Shown here: positions 1 to 10,945 of the stretch, in pieces
Numbering within the stretch: the first letter of the stretch is position 1
Layout: the number at the start of each line of letters is the position of its first letter
From: Dehalococcoidia bacterium
GTDB taxonomy: Bacteria; Chloroflexota; Dehalococcoidia; Bin125
Length of the DNA: 64,000 bases
Direction of reading: 5' to 3'
Assembly: GCA_963663235.2 (NCBI GenBank)
Contig: CAXXNO010000012.1
Span: forward strand, 160,001 to 224,000
The notes under the pieces: model-generated
What the model was told of the DNA's origin: nothing
The model's database searches: none
What the model saw: only the letters and a program-made list of their open reading frames with translations
Made by a program: the position numbers and the translations under genes

Positions 1-960
1 ATGAATACCGACGCCCAGCAACTCGAGGACAGCCGCGCCGCCGAGCGCATCCGCATTGGCGACAAGTTAACGCGCGGCTTGGGGGTGGGAGGAAATCCCG
101 AGCAAGGACTGAAAGCGGCGGACGAAAGCCGGGCCGAGATCCTGGAAGCGCTCCAGGGCATGGATATGGTCTTTGTCACCGCCGGGATGGGAGGCGGCAC
201 CGGCACCGGCGCGGCGCCGGTGGTGGCAGAGCTGGCGCAGGAGGCCGGCGCCCTGACCATCGCGGTGGTCACGAAACCGTTCGCCTTTGAAGGCGCCAAG
301 CGACGCGAGGCCGCCGAGGCAGGCGTCCAGCGGCTGGAGGAGCACAGCGACACGGTCATCGTGATTCCGAACGACCGCCTGCTCACGATCGGCGGCGCCA
401 ATACCACGGTGACCGAAGCCTTCCGGACAGCGGACGACATCCTGCGCCACGGGATCGCCGGGATCTCCGACGTGATCACGGTGCCCGGCGAGATCAACCT
501 GGACTTCAGCGACGTCAAGAAGATCATGGGCGAAGGCGGCCAAGCGCTGATGGCGAACGGCCGCGGCCAGGGGGAGAACCGGGCGGTGGAGGCGGCGAAG
601 AAGGCCATCACGAGCCCTCTCCTGGAGACGGACATCACCGGCGCCCGGAAGGTCCTCTATAACGTCAGCTCCTCGGGTGACCTGGGCCTAAACGAACTGA
701 ACATGGCGGCCAAGGTGATCCAAGAGATGGTGGATCCCGATGCCGAGATCATCTTCGGCACGGCGATTGACCCCAGCCTGGGGGGCGAGGTGCAGATCAC
801 GCTGATTGCCACTGGGTTCCCGCCCACGATCCGAAGCCTGGAGGAACAGGACCACAATCGCTGGAGCGCGGAGATGCTCACCGAGATCGGGCTGGACGTG
901 GAGGATGTGGAATTGCCTGCCTTCCTGCGCAAGCAACGGGCGTTTGCGCAGCAGCAGTAA
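1..960 (+). CDS. ftsZ: Cell division protein FtsZ (5'-truncated by window edge)
   Basis: NTDAQ, tubulin signature [16 protein letters not shown]-terminal ELPAFLRK peptide. Confidence 0.97.
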   Translation: MNTDAQQLEDSRAAERIRIGDKLTRGLGVGGNPEQGLKAADESRAEILEALQGMDMVFVTAGMGGGTGTGAAPVVAELAQEAGALTIAVVTKPFAFEGAKRREAAEAGVQRLEEHSDTVIVIPNDRLLTIGGANTTVTEAFRTADDILRHGIAGISDVITVPGEINLDFSDVKKIMGEGGQALMANGRGQGENRAVEAAKKAITSPLLETDITGARKVLYNVSSSGDLGLNELNMAAKVIQEMVDPDAEIIFGTAIDPSLGGEVQITLIATGFPPTIRSLEEQDHNRWSAEMLTEIGLDVEDVELPAFLRKQRAFAQQQ

Positions 961-1039
961 CCCGCGGCAGGAGAACGAGAGGAGGGCCGGACTCAGCGAA
1001 CCGACGGATCGCCCTTCATTGAAGGGCTAGCACGACCAA

Positions 1040-1075
1040 GAGGGGGCGACGAATCGGGAGATGCGTCGCCCCCTC
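1040..1075. terminator. GC-rich hairpin downstream of ftsZ (putative terminator)
   Basis: Perfect 12-bp inverted repeat GAGGGGGCGACG (1040-1051) / CGTCGCCCCCTC (1064-1075); no strong U-tract. Confidence 0.45.
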
Positions 1076-1155
1076 GCTATCTCTCAACCCCCAGGTCTTG
1101 CGGTCGGCGGGCGCTCGACGCCAAGGCGTTGCGGTCCATCCTCTACCATACGGGT

Positions 1156-1731
1156 GTGCAATGCCCGTATTGCCACTCAGACGACAGCCGAGTCATCGAC
1201 TCACGGCCCGCCGACAAGGGAATCCGGCGACGCCGCGAGTGCGAACGCTGCAGCCAGCGGTTCACCACTTACGAGAGCGCCGCCGAGGTTGAACCCATGG
1301 TGGTCAAGCGCGACGGCCGTCGGGAGCCCTTTCAGCGCGAGAAGCTGCGAGCGGGCCTGATCCGGGCCTGCGCGAAGCTGGCCGTGCCGCAAGACGCTGT
1401 GGACGCCATCGCCGCGGGCATTGAACGGCGGCTGCGGATCAGCGCCGCGGCGGAGGTGGAGAGCCACCAACTGGGCGAGTGGATCTTGGAGCAACTCCTG
1501 CAGCGTGACCCCGTCGCGGCCTTTCGGTTCGCCAGCGTGTTCCGGAGGCCGAGCGACCTGGCGGCCTTGCGCCGGGAGCTGGCGACGGTAGAGCGGGCGG
1601 CGGCTGAGGGACACGCGGCGGCGGACTGGGGCCAGCCGGGCCTGCCCGGCATGGGAGGGTCGCCCCCGCAAGTGACGGTCGATGAGCAGGGCGGCCGCGG
1701 GCAACCGCCGTCAGGCGGAGCGGCGCCGTGA
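1156..1731 (+). CDS. nrdR: Transcriptional repressor NrdR
   Basis: (V)QCPYC..SRVIDSR..IRRRRECERC..RFTTYE zinc ribbon plus ATP-cone (VVKRDGRREPF); GTG start at 1156. Confidence 0.95.
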   Translation: MQCPYCHSDDSRVIDSRPADKGIRRRRECERCSQRFTTYESAAEVEPMVVKRDGRREPFQREKLRAGLIRACAKLAVPQDAVDAIAAGIERRLRISAAAEVESHQLGEWILEQLLQRDPVAAFRFASVFRRPSDLAALRRELATVERAAAEGHAAADWGQPGLPGMGGSPPQVTVDEQGGRGQPPSGGAAP

Positions 1732-3476
1732 CCGCGTCGTCCCCGCCGGCGTTGAGCGACAACGCGCGGTTGGTGTTGGAGAGCCGGTATCTCCAGCGTG
1801 ACGACCAGGGACGACTCATCGAGACGCCCGCGCAGCTGTTCCGTCGGGTGGCGGACAACGTAGCCGGGGCCGAACGGGCTTACGGACGCGACGCCGCCGC
1901 CTTCGCCGACCAGGCGTACGCCCTCATGACGCGGCTGGAGTTCCTGCCCAACTCCCCCACTCTGATGAACGCCGGTCTCGGGATTCAACAGCTGGCCGCC
2001 TGCTTTGTCCTGCCCGTGGAGGACTCGCTGCCCAGCATCTTCGACGCCCTGAAATACACGGCGCTCATCCACCAGAGCGGCGGCGGCACGGGGTTCGCCT
2101 TTTCCCGGCTGCGCCCCGCCAACGACATCGTGCACTCCACGCACGGAGTGGCCAGCGGCCCGATCTCCTTCATGGAGGTCTTTGACGCCGCCACCGACGC
2201 GATCAAACAGGGGGGAACGCGGCGTGGGGCGAATATGGCGATCCTCAGCGTCGATCACCCCGACATCGAGGCGTTCGTGCGGGCCAAGGCCGACCGGCAG
2301 AGCCTGACGAACTTCAACCTCTCCGTGGCCGTGACCGATGCCTTCATGGAGGCCGTGGAAGCGGATGGGGAGATTCAGCTGGTGAACCCGCGGAGCGGCG
2401 CGGCGGCGGGAGTGCGCAAGGCGCGGGCGCTGTTCGCGTTGATCGTGGAGCAGGCGTGGGAGCACGGCGACCCCGGCCTGGTCTTCCTCGACCGCATCAA
2501 CGCCGCCAACCCGACGCCCCAGTTGGGCCCGATCGAATCCACCAACCCGTGCGGCGAGCAGCCGTTGCTCCCCTACGAGTCATGCACCCTGGGCTCGCTG
2601 AATGTGGCCAAGTTCGTGCGGGACGGGGACCTGGATTGGGAGCGGTTGGGCGGCGCGGTGGAGACGGCCGTGCGCTTCCTGGACAACGTCATCGACCAAA
2701 ACCACTATCCGGCGCCGCAGATCGAGCGGGCCACCAAGAGCACGCGGAAAATCGGGTTGGGCGTGATGGGGTTCGCCGATCTCCTGTGTCACCTGCGCGT
2801 CGCCTACGACAGCGACGAAGGGCTGGCTTGGGCGGCCCGGTTGATGGGCTTCATCCAAGAGCGGGCTCAGGGCGCCTCGCAGGAGCTGGGCGCGGAGCGG
2901 GGGGTCTTTCCGGCGTGGGAAGGATCGATCTTCGGTCCCGAGGGGCCGCGCTACCGCAACGCGACGCGCACCACGATTGCCCCGACGGGCACGATCAGCA
3001 TCATTGCCGACTGCTCCAGCGGGATTGAGCCGGTCTTCGCTTTCGCCTTGGTGCGGCGGCATTACCTGGACCGCGAGCATCGAGACCGGCTGGTGGAGCT
3101 GCCGGAGATGCACGAAGGGCTCCGCGCCGTTGCGGCGGCAGAGGGCTGGTGGAGCGACGATCTCCTGCGACACCTCCAGCAGCACGGATCGTTGCGCGCG
3201 TGGGGGGGCGCACCGGAGTGGGCGCGGCGGGTGTACGTCGCGGCGCACGAGATCAGCGCGGAGTGGCACGTGCGGATGCAAGCCGTCTTCCAGGACCACA
3301 TCGACAATGCGGTGGCCAAGACGATCAACCTCCCCGCCGACGCCAGCCCGGCGGACGCGGCCGACGCCTATCGCCTCGCCTGGCGGGAGAACTGCAAGGG
3401 GATCACCATTTACCGCCACACGGCGCGCGACAAGCAGGTCCTTTCCTTGGCGGCGCCGGAGGCCGACTGGCGGTAA
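1728..3476 (+). CDS. nrdJ: Class II (adenosylcobalamin) ribonucleotide reductase, short form lacking C-terminal domain
   Basis: FLPNSPTLMNAG, ACF, GGTRRGANM, TNPCGEQPL, ESCTLGSLN, TIAPTGTIS; overlaps nrdR stop. Confidence 0.92.
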   Translation: MTASSPPALSDNARLVLESRYLQRDDQGRLIETPAQLFRRVADNVAGAERAYGRDAAAFADQAYALMTRLEFLPNSPTLMNAGLGIQQLAACFVLPVEDSLPSIFDALKYTALIHQSGGGTGFAFSRLRPANDIVHSTHGVASGPISFMEVFDAATDAIKQGGTRRGANMAILSVDHPDIEAFVRAKADRQSLTNFNLSVAVTDAFMEAVEADGEIQLVNPRSGAAAGVRKARALFALIVEQAWEHGDPGLVFLDRINAANPTPQLGPIESTNPCGEQPLLPYESCTLGSLNVAKFVRDGDLDWERLGGAVETAVRFLDNVIDQNHYPAPQIERATKSTRKIGLGVMGFADLLCHLRVAYDSDEGLAWAARLMGFIQERAQGASQELGAERGVFPAWEGSIFGPEGPRYRNATRTTIAPTGTISIIADCSSGIEPVFAFALVRRHYLDREHRDRLVELPEMHEGLRAVAAAEGWWSDDLLRHLQQHGSLRAWGGAPEWARRVYVAAHEISAEWHVRMQAVFQDHIDNAVAKTINLPADASPADAADAYRLAWRENCKGITIYRHTARDKQVLSLAAPEADWR

Positions 3477-3852
3477 CGCGGCACTGTTGACCGGACGTCC
3501 GCGACCGAAATGCAGTGTTCGCGACGAAAAACGCCGCATTCGCGTCGTGAATGCAACGAAAAGAATTATGTGCACCGTTCGGCTGCGTCGAGCCTCCGTC
3601 TCCGGCGCACTCACTTTGTTTCTGCGACACACGCATCAATTCGCGCCGTCACATCTGGAAAGAGCGTGCGCGAACGCCACGACATCATGTTGTGTCGACC
3701 AAATCGTACGGGATGCGATCGCGGATCATGTTGCAGACGCAGGAAAAAACTTCCCACTAACTCTTGTGTAGTCCGAACAATCGCGCTGTAATTGATGCAA
3801 TAGAAGAGCATCCGCGATCAATTCGGATGCACCGCAAAGGGGAGGAACGCTT

Positions 3853-4476
3853 ATGCCAGCAGTCAAAAAGCGTGCGGCCAAGCGACCGGCCGCGAAAAAG
3901 CGAGCGACAGCGCGTAAGACCACGGCGCGCAAGGCGGTGAAACGGCGCACGGCCCGCAAGACCACCGCCCGCAAGGCGACCAAACGGCGCACGGCCCGCA
4001 AGGCCGCTAAGAAGCGCGCCCCGGCCCGCAAGGCGACCAAGCGGCGCACGGCCCGCAAGGCCGCTAAGAAGCGCGCCCCGGCCCGCAAGGCGACCAAACG
4101 GCGCACAGCCCGCAAGGCCGCTAAGAAGCGCGCCCCGGCCCGCAAGGCCGCCAAAAAGCGCGCTCCGGCCCGCAAGGCCGCCAAAAAGCGCGCTCCGGCT
4201 CGCAAGGCCGCCAAAAAGCGCGCTCCGGCCCGCAAGGCCGCCAAAAAGCGCGCTCCGGCCCGCAAGGCCGCCAAAAAGCGCGCTCCGGCCCGCAAGGCGG
4301 TAGCACGGAAGTCGGCCGCGAGGAAAGTCGCGCCGCCGCGGCCCGCCGCACCACGAGCGCCGATGCCGGCACCCCGCATGCCGTCACCGCTCGCGCCACG
4401 GCCACAGACGGGTATGCCGACGAGGATGCCGCCAACGACTCCGTCGCCGACCCAGCCGCCGCGGAGCATCTTCTAA
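3853..4476 (+). CDS. Histone H1-like Lys/Arg/Ala-rich DNA-binding protein with Pro/Met-rich tail
   Basis: RBS GGAGG upstream; repeated KKRAPARKAA / KRRTARKA units; no acidic residues. Confidence 0.85.
   Translation: MPAVKKRAAKRPAAKKRATARKTTARKAVKRRTARKTTARKATKRRTARKAAKKRAPARKATKRRTARKAAKKRAPARKATKRRTARKAAKKRAPARKAAKKRAPARKAAKKRAPARKAAKKRAPARKAAKKRAPARKAAKKRAPARKAVARKSAARKVAPPRPAAPRAPMPAPRMPSPLAPRPQTGMPTRMPPTTPSPTQPPRSIF
4138..4287 (+). repeat. Five near-identical 30-nt tandem repeats within histone-like gene (degenerate copies extend ~3870-4330)
   Basis: Unit GCCCGCAAGGCCGCCAAAAAGCGCGCTCCG at 4138, 4168, 4198 (one variant base), 4228, 4258. Confidence 0.92.
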
Positions 4477-4626
4477 GCGCGCGCGACTGCCAGCCGTTCA
4501 ACCGGCTTGGGAGAGATTCCGAGGGCGGCCCTTGCGAAAGGGTCGCCCTCGCTCGTTGCGGGCCGTGGCCTCAGCGCAGGCTCCGCCCGCGGGCAACGCA
4601 CGCGACGGGCCAGTATCCTCGCCGAT

Positions 4627-5310
4627 GTGGCTGCCAACCCGAAACCCGAAGGCTCCTGGCCCCATGTGGCCGGCAACCTGGACGCGGTGCGAGCGGCGCT
4701 CCGCGAGGCGGCGGAGCGGGCCGGCCGGGACCCGGCCGACGTGCAGTTGGTCGCGGTCAGCAAGGGGATGCCCGCCGCCGCGGTGCGGGCGGCGATCGCC
4801 GCGGGGCAGATGACGTTCGGCGAGAACCGCGTGCAGGAGGCGCTGCCGAAGATGGCGGAGCTGGCGGACGCGGGGGCCAGATGGCACTTGGTCGGCCACT
4901 TGCAGCGCAACAAAGCGAAAGCGGCGACAGCCTTTGATATCATGGAGAGTGTGGATTCGACACGGATTGCGGTCGCGCTTGATTCGCACCTCGCTAGTCC
5001 CCGGACAGTTTACTTGGAAGTGAACGTGGCCGGCGAGGCGAGCAAATCGGGCTTCCGCCCGGCCGAGCTAGCCGCCGCCCTTGAGGCGATCCGAGCCCTG
5101 GCCCACTTACACGTCGAGGGGCTCATGACAATCGCCCCGCTTGTGGCCGAGGCGGAGGAGGTGCGACCGGTGTTTCGCGAGCTGCGCCGCCTGCGCGACG
5201 CGCACGGGCTACAAGGGCTCTCCATGGGAATGACCAACGACTTCCCGGTCGCCATCGCCGAAGGGGCAACGATCGTGCGGGTCGGGCGAGCAATCTTCGG
5301 CGATCGCTGA
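4627..5310 (+). CDS. yggS: PLP homeostasis protein YggS/PipY
   Basis: [46 protein letters not shown]; start chosen at GTG 4627. Confidence 0.93.
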   Translation: MAANPKPEGSWPHVAGNLDAVRAALREAAERAGRDPADVQLVAVSKGMPAAAVRAAIAAGQMTFGENRVQEALPKMAELADAGARWHLVGHLQRNKAKAATAFDIMESVDSTRIAVALDSHLASPRTVYLEVNVAGEASKSGFRPAELAAALEAIRALAHLHVEGLMTIAPLVAEAEEVRPVFRELRRLRDAHGLQGLSMGMTNDFPVAIAEGATIVRVGRAIFGDR

Positions 5311-5326
5311 GCGGGGCGGGAGAGCG

Positions 5327-6139
5327 ATGGGCAAGGAGTACGGCATCATCGGGGGCGGCGTGATGGGGACAGCGATCAGCCGAGCGCTGATCGCCACCGG
5401 GGTCGCCCAAGCCGAGAACGTCACGGTCTGCGACACCGACCCGGGCCGTCGCGCCGCGCTGCGGGAGGAACTTGGCGTGGCGGTGACGGAACGCCACGCG
5501 GACGCCTCCGAGGGCGCACCGATGGTGATCTTGGCCGTGAAGCCACAGGATTTTCGCGTCGCGAGCAACGCGCTGCAGGGGCTGATCCTGCCGGAGCAAG
5601 TCGTGCTCTCGATCATGGCGGGGATCTCGATTCGCACGCTGCGGGACCAGTTGGGGCATCGTGCCGTGGTACGGGTGATGCCCAACACGCCGGCGCAGAT
5701 CGGGCAAGGGATGTCCGTCTGGACCGCAACGGAGGAAGTCGGCGCCGATCAACGGAGCGCCGTGCGCCAGATCCTGCAGACGCTGGGCGACGAGATCTAC
5801 GTCCCAGATGAGAAGCACATCGACATGGCGACCGCCGTCAGCGGCTCCGGCCCTGGCTTCATCTACTTGATGCTCGAGGCGATGATCGACGGGGCGGTGC
5901 AGATCGGGATGCGGCGTGAACTGGCCGCCGAGATGGTCTACCAGACCGCTCTGGGGTCAGCGGCCTTCGCCAAGCAGTCCCGGCTGCACACGGCGGTGCT
6001 GCGGGAGCAGGTCACGTCCCCAGGCGGTACCACCGCGGAGGGCCTGCTGGCCATGGAGCGGCACGGCGTGCGCGCGGGGATTATCGAGGCGGTGATCGCC
6101 GCCTACGACAAGACGCGAGAGTTAGGACAGCAGGCGTGA
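5327..6139 (+). CDS. proC: Pyrroline-5-carboxylate reductase
   Basis: [35 protein letters not shown]. Confidence 0.95.
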   Translation: MGKEYGIIGGGVMGTAISRALIATGVAQAENVTVCDTDPGRRAALREELGVAVTERHADASEGAPMVILAVKPQDFRVASNALQGLILPEQVVLSIMAGISIRTLRDQLGHRAVVRVMPNTPAQIGQGMSVWTATEEVGADQRSAVRQILQTLGDEIYVPDEKHIDMATAVSGSGPGFIYLMLEAMIDGAVQIGMRRELAAEMVYQTALGSAAFAKQSRLHTAVLREQVTSPGGTTAEGLLAMERHGVRAGIIEAVIAAYDKTRELGQQA

Positions 6140-6402
6140 GTGGACTGGGGATTCTCGCCCAGATCCTGGAGATCTACTGGTTCGTCCTCTTAGCGCGGGT
6201 GATCATCTCCTGGATCCCCCTCTTCACCCAGCGTCCACTGGACTACTCCCACCCCTTGCTCAAGTTCCTCATCGACGTGACCGAACCGCTCCTGGCGCCG
6301 ATCCGGCGGTTCGCGATGGTGGGCATGATCGACCTCTCACCGCTCGTCGCGCTGATCACCCTCAGGATCGTTATCGGCATCTTGAGGGACTCAGTGATCT
6401 AG
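6136..6402 (+). CDS. yggT: YggT family membrane protein
   Basis: RVIISW..VTEPLLAPIRR..IDLSPLV; yggS-proC-yggT synteny. Confidence 0.9.
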   Translation: MSGLGILAQILEIYWFVLLARVIISWIPLFTQRPLDYSHPLLKFLIDVTEPLLAPIRRFAMVGMIDLSPLVALITLRIVIGILRDSVI

Positions 6403-6674
6403 GGGCGGCCTCCGAGGCGCCCTCGAATCCCGTCGGCGTCCAAGCCGCTCACCGCCACGGTCTTGTCGCGGCTGCGCTCACCGCGCGCCAGGGTGAGCGC
6501 CGTGAGGGGCACGCGCAACTCGCGCGCCAGGAGACGCAAGAGAGCGCGGTTGGCCTGTCCCTGGACGGCAGGCGCCGCGACTTTGACGCGGAGGACCTCA
6601 CCGTCCCAGCCGAGGACGGCGTCGCGGCCGCCACGCGGGGTGAGCCGGATCCGGACTACGGTGGAGGCAGCCAC
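6399..6674 (-). CDS. DUF167/YggU family protein
   Basis: IRLTPRG..LRVKVAAPAVQGQAN..GERSRDK. Confidence 0.85.
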   Translation of the reverse strand: MAASTVVRIRLTPRGGRDAVLGWDGEVLRVKVAAPAVQGQANRALLRLLARELRVPLTALTLARGERSRDKTVAVSGLDADGIRGRLGGRP

Positions 6675-6750
6675 GGCGGCATCGTACGGCCCGAGTGGAG
6701 GAGCGCGCGTGGGGTTGCATGCAGGCCCGGCGTATGCGATGGTGCCTGTC

Positions 6751-6762
6751 GAACGGGTGTTC
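6751..6762 (+). promoter_or_regulatory. LexA (SOS) box, Gram-positive/Chloroflexi type
   Basis: GAAC-GGGT-GTTC about 70 nt upstream of recA start. Confidence 0.8.
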
Positions 6763-6832
6763 TAGTTAGTTGCGACGTAAAGTTATGTCGCATACCGGGT
6801 GGCGGCGCCGCTCGGGCTGAGGGGAGACCCCC

Positions 6833-7915
<1,083 letters not shown>

Positions 7916-7925
7916 GCGCCGAGTC

Positions 7926-8543
7926 ATGACGCACCGCATTACCGCCGTCCGCCGGCGCGGGCGGCGCGTCATCGTCAGTTTCGACCAGGCTGCGCCCCTG
8001 GACTGTGATCGGGATTTTCCCGGCGTGCGGGAGGCGGTGGTGGGTGATGCTCTGGACCTGCCGCTGATCGAGCGATTGCGGCACCAGGCCGTCCGGCACG
8101 ACGCGCACAGCGTCGCCCTCCGTCTCCTGGGCCAGCGAGCGCGCAGCGAGCTGGATCTGTTGAGCCGGCTACGAAAGCGGGGCATCGCCAACGCGATCGC
8201 CAAGGAGACCGTGGCGGGTCTCCGAGACAGCGGCTTGATAGACGATGGCGCCTTTGCGCAGCAGTGGACCGAAGAGCGGGTGCGGCTGCGACCGCGGTCG
8301 GCGCGGTTGATCGAGGCCGAACTGCGAGCCAAAGGGGTTCCGCCGTCGACCGCGAGCGCGGCGACGGCGGCGGTGCGCGACGACGATCTGGCGCTGCGTG
8401 TGGCGGAAGAGCAAGCGCGTCGCTCCCCAGGTGACTGGCCGGCGTTCCAGCGTCAGTGCGGGGGCGCGCTGTTGCGTCGCGGTTTTTCCCAGGCCGTGGC
8501 CGAGCGAGCGCTGCGCCAAGCGTGGGAAGCGCGCCAGCCGTAG
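7926..8543 (+). CDS. recX: Regulatory protein RecX
   Basis: LLGQRARSELDL, GLIDDGAFA, ELRAKGV, LLRRGF; directly after recA. Confidence 0.88.
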   Translation: MTHRITAVRRRGRRVIVSFDQAAPLDCDRDFPGVREAVVGDALDLPLIERLRHQAVRHDAHSVALRLLGQRARSELDLLSRLRKRGIANAIAKETVAGLRDSGLIDDGAFAQQWTEERVRLRPRSARLIEAELRAKGVPPSTASAATAAVRDDDLALRVAEEQARRSPGDWPAFQRQCGGALLRRGFSQAVAERALRQAWEARQP

Positions 8544-8668
8544 AGCAACGGCCCGCTTCCTTGCCGGTGTCGCGGGCAAAACCTACTATCGAAGAGTGGA
8601 CCTGAGCAGATCGGGGCCGCACGATAGCAGTTCACCCACCCACATGAAATGTGAGGACAGCACACGCC

Positions 8669-10156
8669 ATGCTTGGAGCCCTCAAGCGGCTCCTGAGGAT
8701 TGGACCCGGTGGACCAGACCCGCGAGAGCAGGCGCGCTTTGAGGCTGAACGGATTGCCGAGCGTGCCGAACAAGACGCCAAAGCCAAGTTGCTGGCAGCG
8801 CAAGAAGAGACGCTGCAGCAGCGCCGCGAATCCGAGGCCGAGATCCGGGAACGCCGGATTGAGCTCGAGCGGCACGAGGATCGCCTCGTTCGACGAGACG
8901 AGAGCCTGGATCGCAAGACCGCGGATTTGGACTCGCGTGACCAACAACTTCGCGACCGGGACCGATCCCTGCAGGAGCGCACAACCGAACTCGACACCCT
9001 CTTCGACGACCAGCGCACGCGGCTGGAGGAGTTGAGTCAGCTCAGCACAGAAGAAGCGCGCGAAACCCTCCTGGCGCAAGTAGCGGACGAAGTCCGCGAC
9101 GACGCCGCGCGCCGCATGCGCGAAACCGAAGCGCTGGTTAAAGAAGAGGGCGAAGTCAGAGTCCGGCGGATCTTGGCCGGCGCTATGCAGCGCGTGGCCT
9201 CCGACGTCACCACCGAGTCGACAGTCTCTGTGGTGCAGATCCCGAGCGACGAGATGAAAGGCCGCATCATCGGCCGGGAGGGGCGCAACATCCGTGCCCT
9301 GGAAGCGGCGACCGGCTGCGACCTGATCATCGACGACACTCCGGACGCCGTGACGCTCTCGGCCTTCGACCCGGTGCGGCGGGAGATCGGGCGGCTGGCG
9401 CTCTCACGGCTGGTGCAAGACGGGCGGATCCACCCGACCCGGGTCGAGGAGATGGTGGAGCGAGCGCGCAAAGAGATTGAGACGACGATCAAAGAGGCCG
9501 GGGAAGCGGCGGCCATCGAAGCCAGTTGTCCGGGCATCTCCCGCGATGTGCTCAACACCTTCGGACGGCTGCGCTACCGGACCTCCTACGGGCAGAACCA
9601 GTTGCGGCATGCCGTGGAGACATCGCACATCGCCGCGATGCTGGCGCACGAGATCGGCGCCGATGCGGACGTCAGCCGTCGCGGCGCGCTGCTGCACGAC
9701 CTGGGCAAGGCCGTGGATCACGAGGTGGAAGGCACGCACGCGCTCATCGGGGCGGACATCGCCAGGCGTTTTAAGGTCCCGGAGGCCGTGGCGCACTGCA
9801 TCGAGGCGCACCATGAGGAAGTAGAGCCGCGGAGCGTCGAGGCGGTCATCGTCCAGATCGCCGACGCCATCTCCGGCGGGCGCCCGGGAGCGCGACGCGA
9901 CTCCTTTGAGCACTACGTCAAACGCCTGGAAGCGTTGGAATCGATCGCCAACTCCTTCGACGGCGTGGAGCGCTGTTTCGCCGTGCAGGCGGGACGGGAA
10001 GTGCGCGTGGTGGTGCGTCCGGACGAGGTCGACGACCTGGGCGCGATGCGGCTGGCGCGAGATATCAGCAAAAAGGTCGAAGAGAACCTCCAATATCCAG
10101 GTCAGATCCGGGTCACGGTGCTGCGGGAGACACGGGCCTCGGAGTACGCCCGCTAG
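8669..10156 (+). CDS. rny: Ribonuclease Y
   Basis: Coiled coil, KH (KGRIIGREGRNIR), HD domain (LLHDLGK), AVQAGRE. Confidence 0.95.
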   Translation: MLGALKRLLRIGPGGPDPREQARFEAERIAERAEQDAKAKLLAAQEETLQQRRESEAEIRERRIELERHEDRLVRRDESLDRKTADLDSRDQQLRDRDRSLQERTTELDTLFDDQRTRLEELSQLSTEEARETLLAQVADEVRDDAARRMRETEALVKEEGEVRVRRILAGAMQRVASDVTTESTVSVVQIPSDEMKGRIIGREGRNIRALEAATGCDLIIDDTPDAVTLSAFDPVRREIGRLALSRLVQDGRIHPTRVEEMVERARKEIETTIKEAGEAAAIEASCPGISRDVLNTFGRLRYRTSYGQNQLRHAVETSHIAAMLAHEIGADADVSRRGALLHDLGKAVDHEVEGTHALIGADIARRFKVPEAVAHCIEAHHEEVEPRSVEAVIVQIADAISGGRPGARRDSFEHYVKRLEALESIANSFDGVERCFAVQAGREVRVVVRPDEVDDLGAMRLARDISKKVEENLQYPGQIRVTVLRETRASEYAR

Positions 10157-10159
10157 GGC

Positions 10160-10945
10160 ATGCGCGTCCTACTGATCGGGGATGTCGTTGGGAAGCTCGG
10201 GCGCCGGGCCGTCGCGGCGCTGCTGCCCGCGCTACGCCAGGAGTTGCGGCTCGATTTCGTCGTGGCGAACGGGGAAAATCTGGCCCATGGCCGGGGCACC
10301 ACGGAAGCGACCGTCCGGGAGATGCTCCAAGCGGGGGTCGACGTGGTCACCGGCGGCAACCACACCTGGGCTTACCCGGAATTCCTGCCGGTCCTGGACA
10401 GCGACCTGCCGGTGCTGCGCCCCGCCAACTACCCAGCCGACGTCGGAGGCCGTGGAGTCTGGCAGAGTGAGCGCTTGGCCGTCCTCAACCTGATCGGGCG
10501 GACGTTTATGGCGCCCCTGGACGACCCCTTTCGCGTGGTGGACACGATGCTAGCGGAGCTGCCAGCGGGCCTGCCCGTGGTGGTGGACTTTCACGCCGAA
10601 GCCACATCGGAGAAGCAAGCCTTCGGCTGGCACCTGGACGGCCGAGTGGCGGCCGTGGTGGGCACTCACACCCACGTCCCCTCCGCGGATGCCCGCCTCC
10701 TGCCGCAGGGGACCGCCTTCGTGACGGACCTGGGCCTGTGCGGAGCGCGCGACTCGGTCATCGGGACAGACGTAAGCGCCGTCCTGAAGCGATTCCGGAC
10801 CGGGCTCCCCACCCGGCTGCCGCCTGCCGAGAAAGGGCCCGCGGTCCTCTGCTCGGCGCTTGTGGAGATCGACCCGAGCAGCGGGCTGGCCCGCTCGATC
10901 GAGCGGGTCGACCGTCGCTGGGACCCCGAGCACGAGGAGGGCTAG
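10160..10945 (+). CDS. ymdB: YmdB-like metallophosphoesterase (TIGR00282-type)
   Basis: IGDVVG, ANGEN, GNH, DFHAEATSEK, GTHTHV; rny-ymdB synteny. Confidence 0.92.
   Translation: MRVLLIGDVVGKLGRRAVAALLPALRQELRLDFVVANGENLAHGRGTTEATVREMLQAGVDVVTGGNHTWAYPEFLPVLDSDLPVLRPANYPADVGGRGVWQSERLAVLNLIGRTFMAPLDDPFRVVDTMLAELPAGLPVVVDFHAEATSEKQAFGWHLDGRVAAVVGTHTHVPSADARLLPQGTAFVTDLGLCGARDSVIGTDVSAVLKRFRTGLPTRLPPAEKGPAVLCSALVEIDPSSGLARSIERVDRRWDPEHEEG

Noticed and set aside
4138-4287. CRISPR-like 30-nt repeats and the antisense 247-aa ORF (3726-4469)
   Set aside because: No spacers; coding repeats of the histone-like gene, and the antisense ORF is a shadow.
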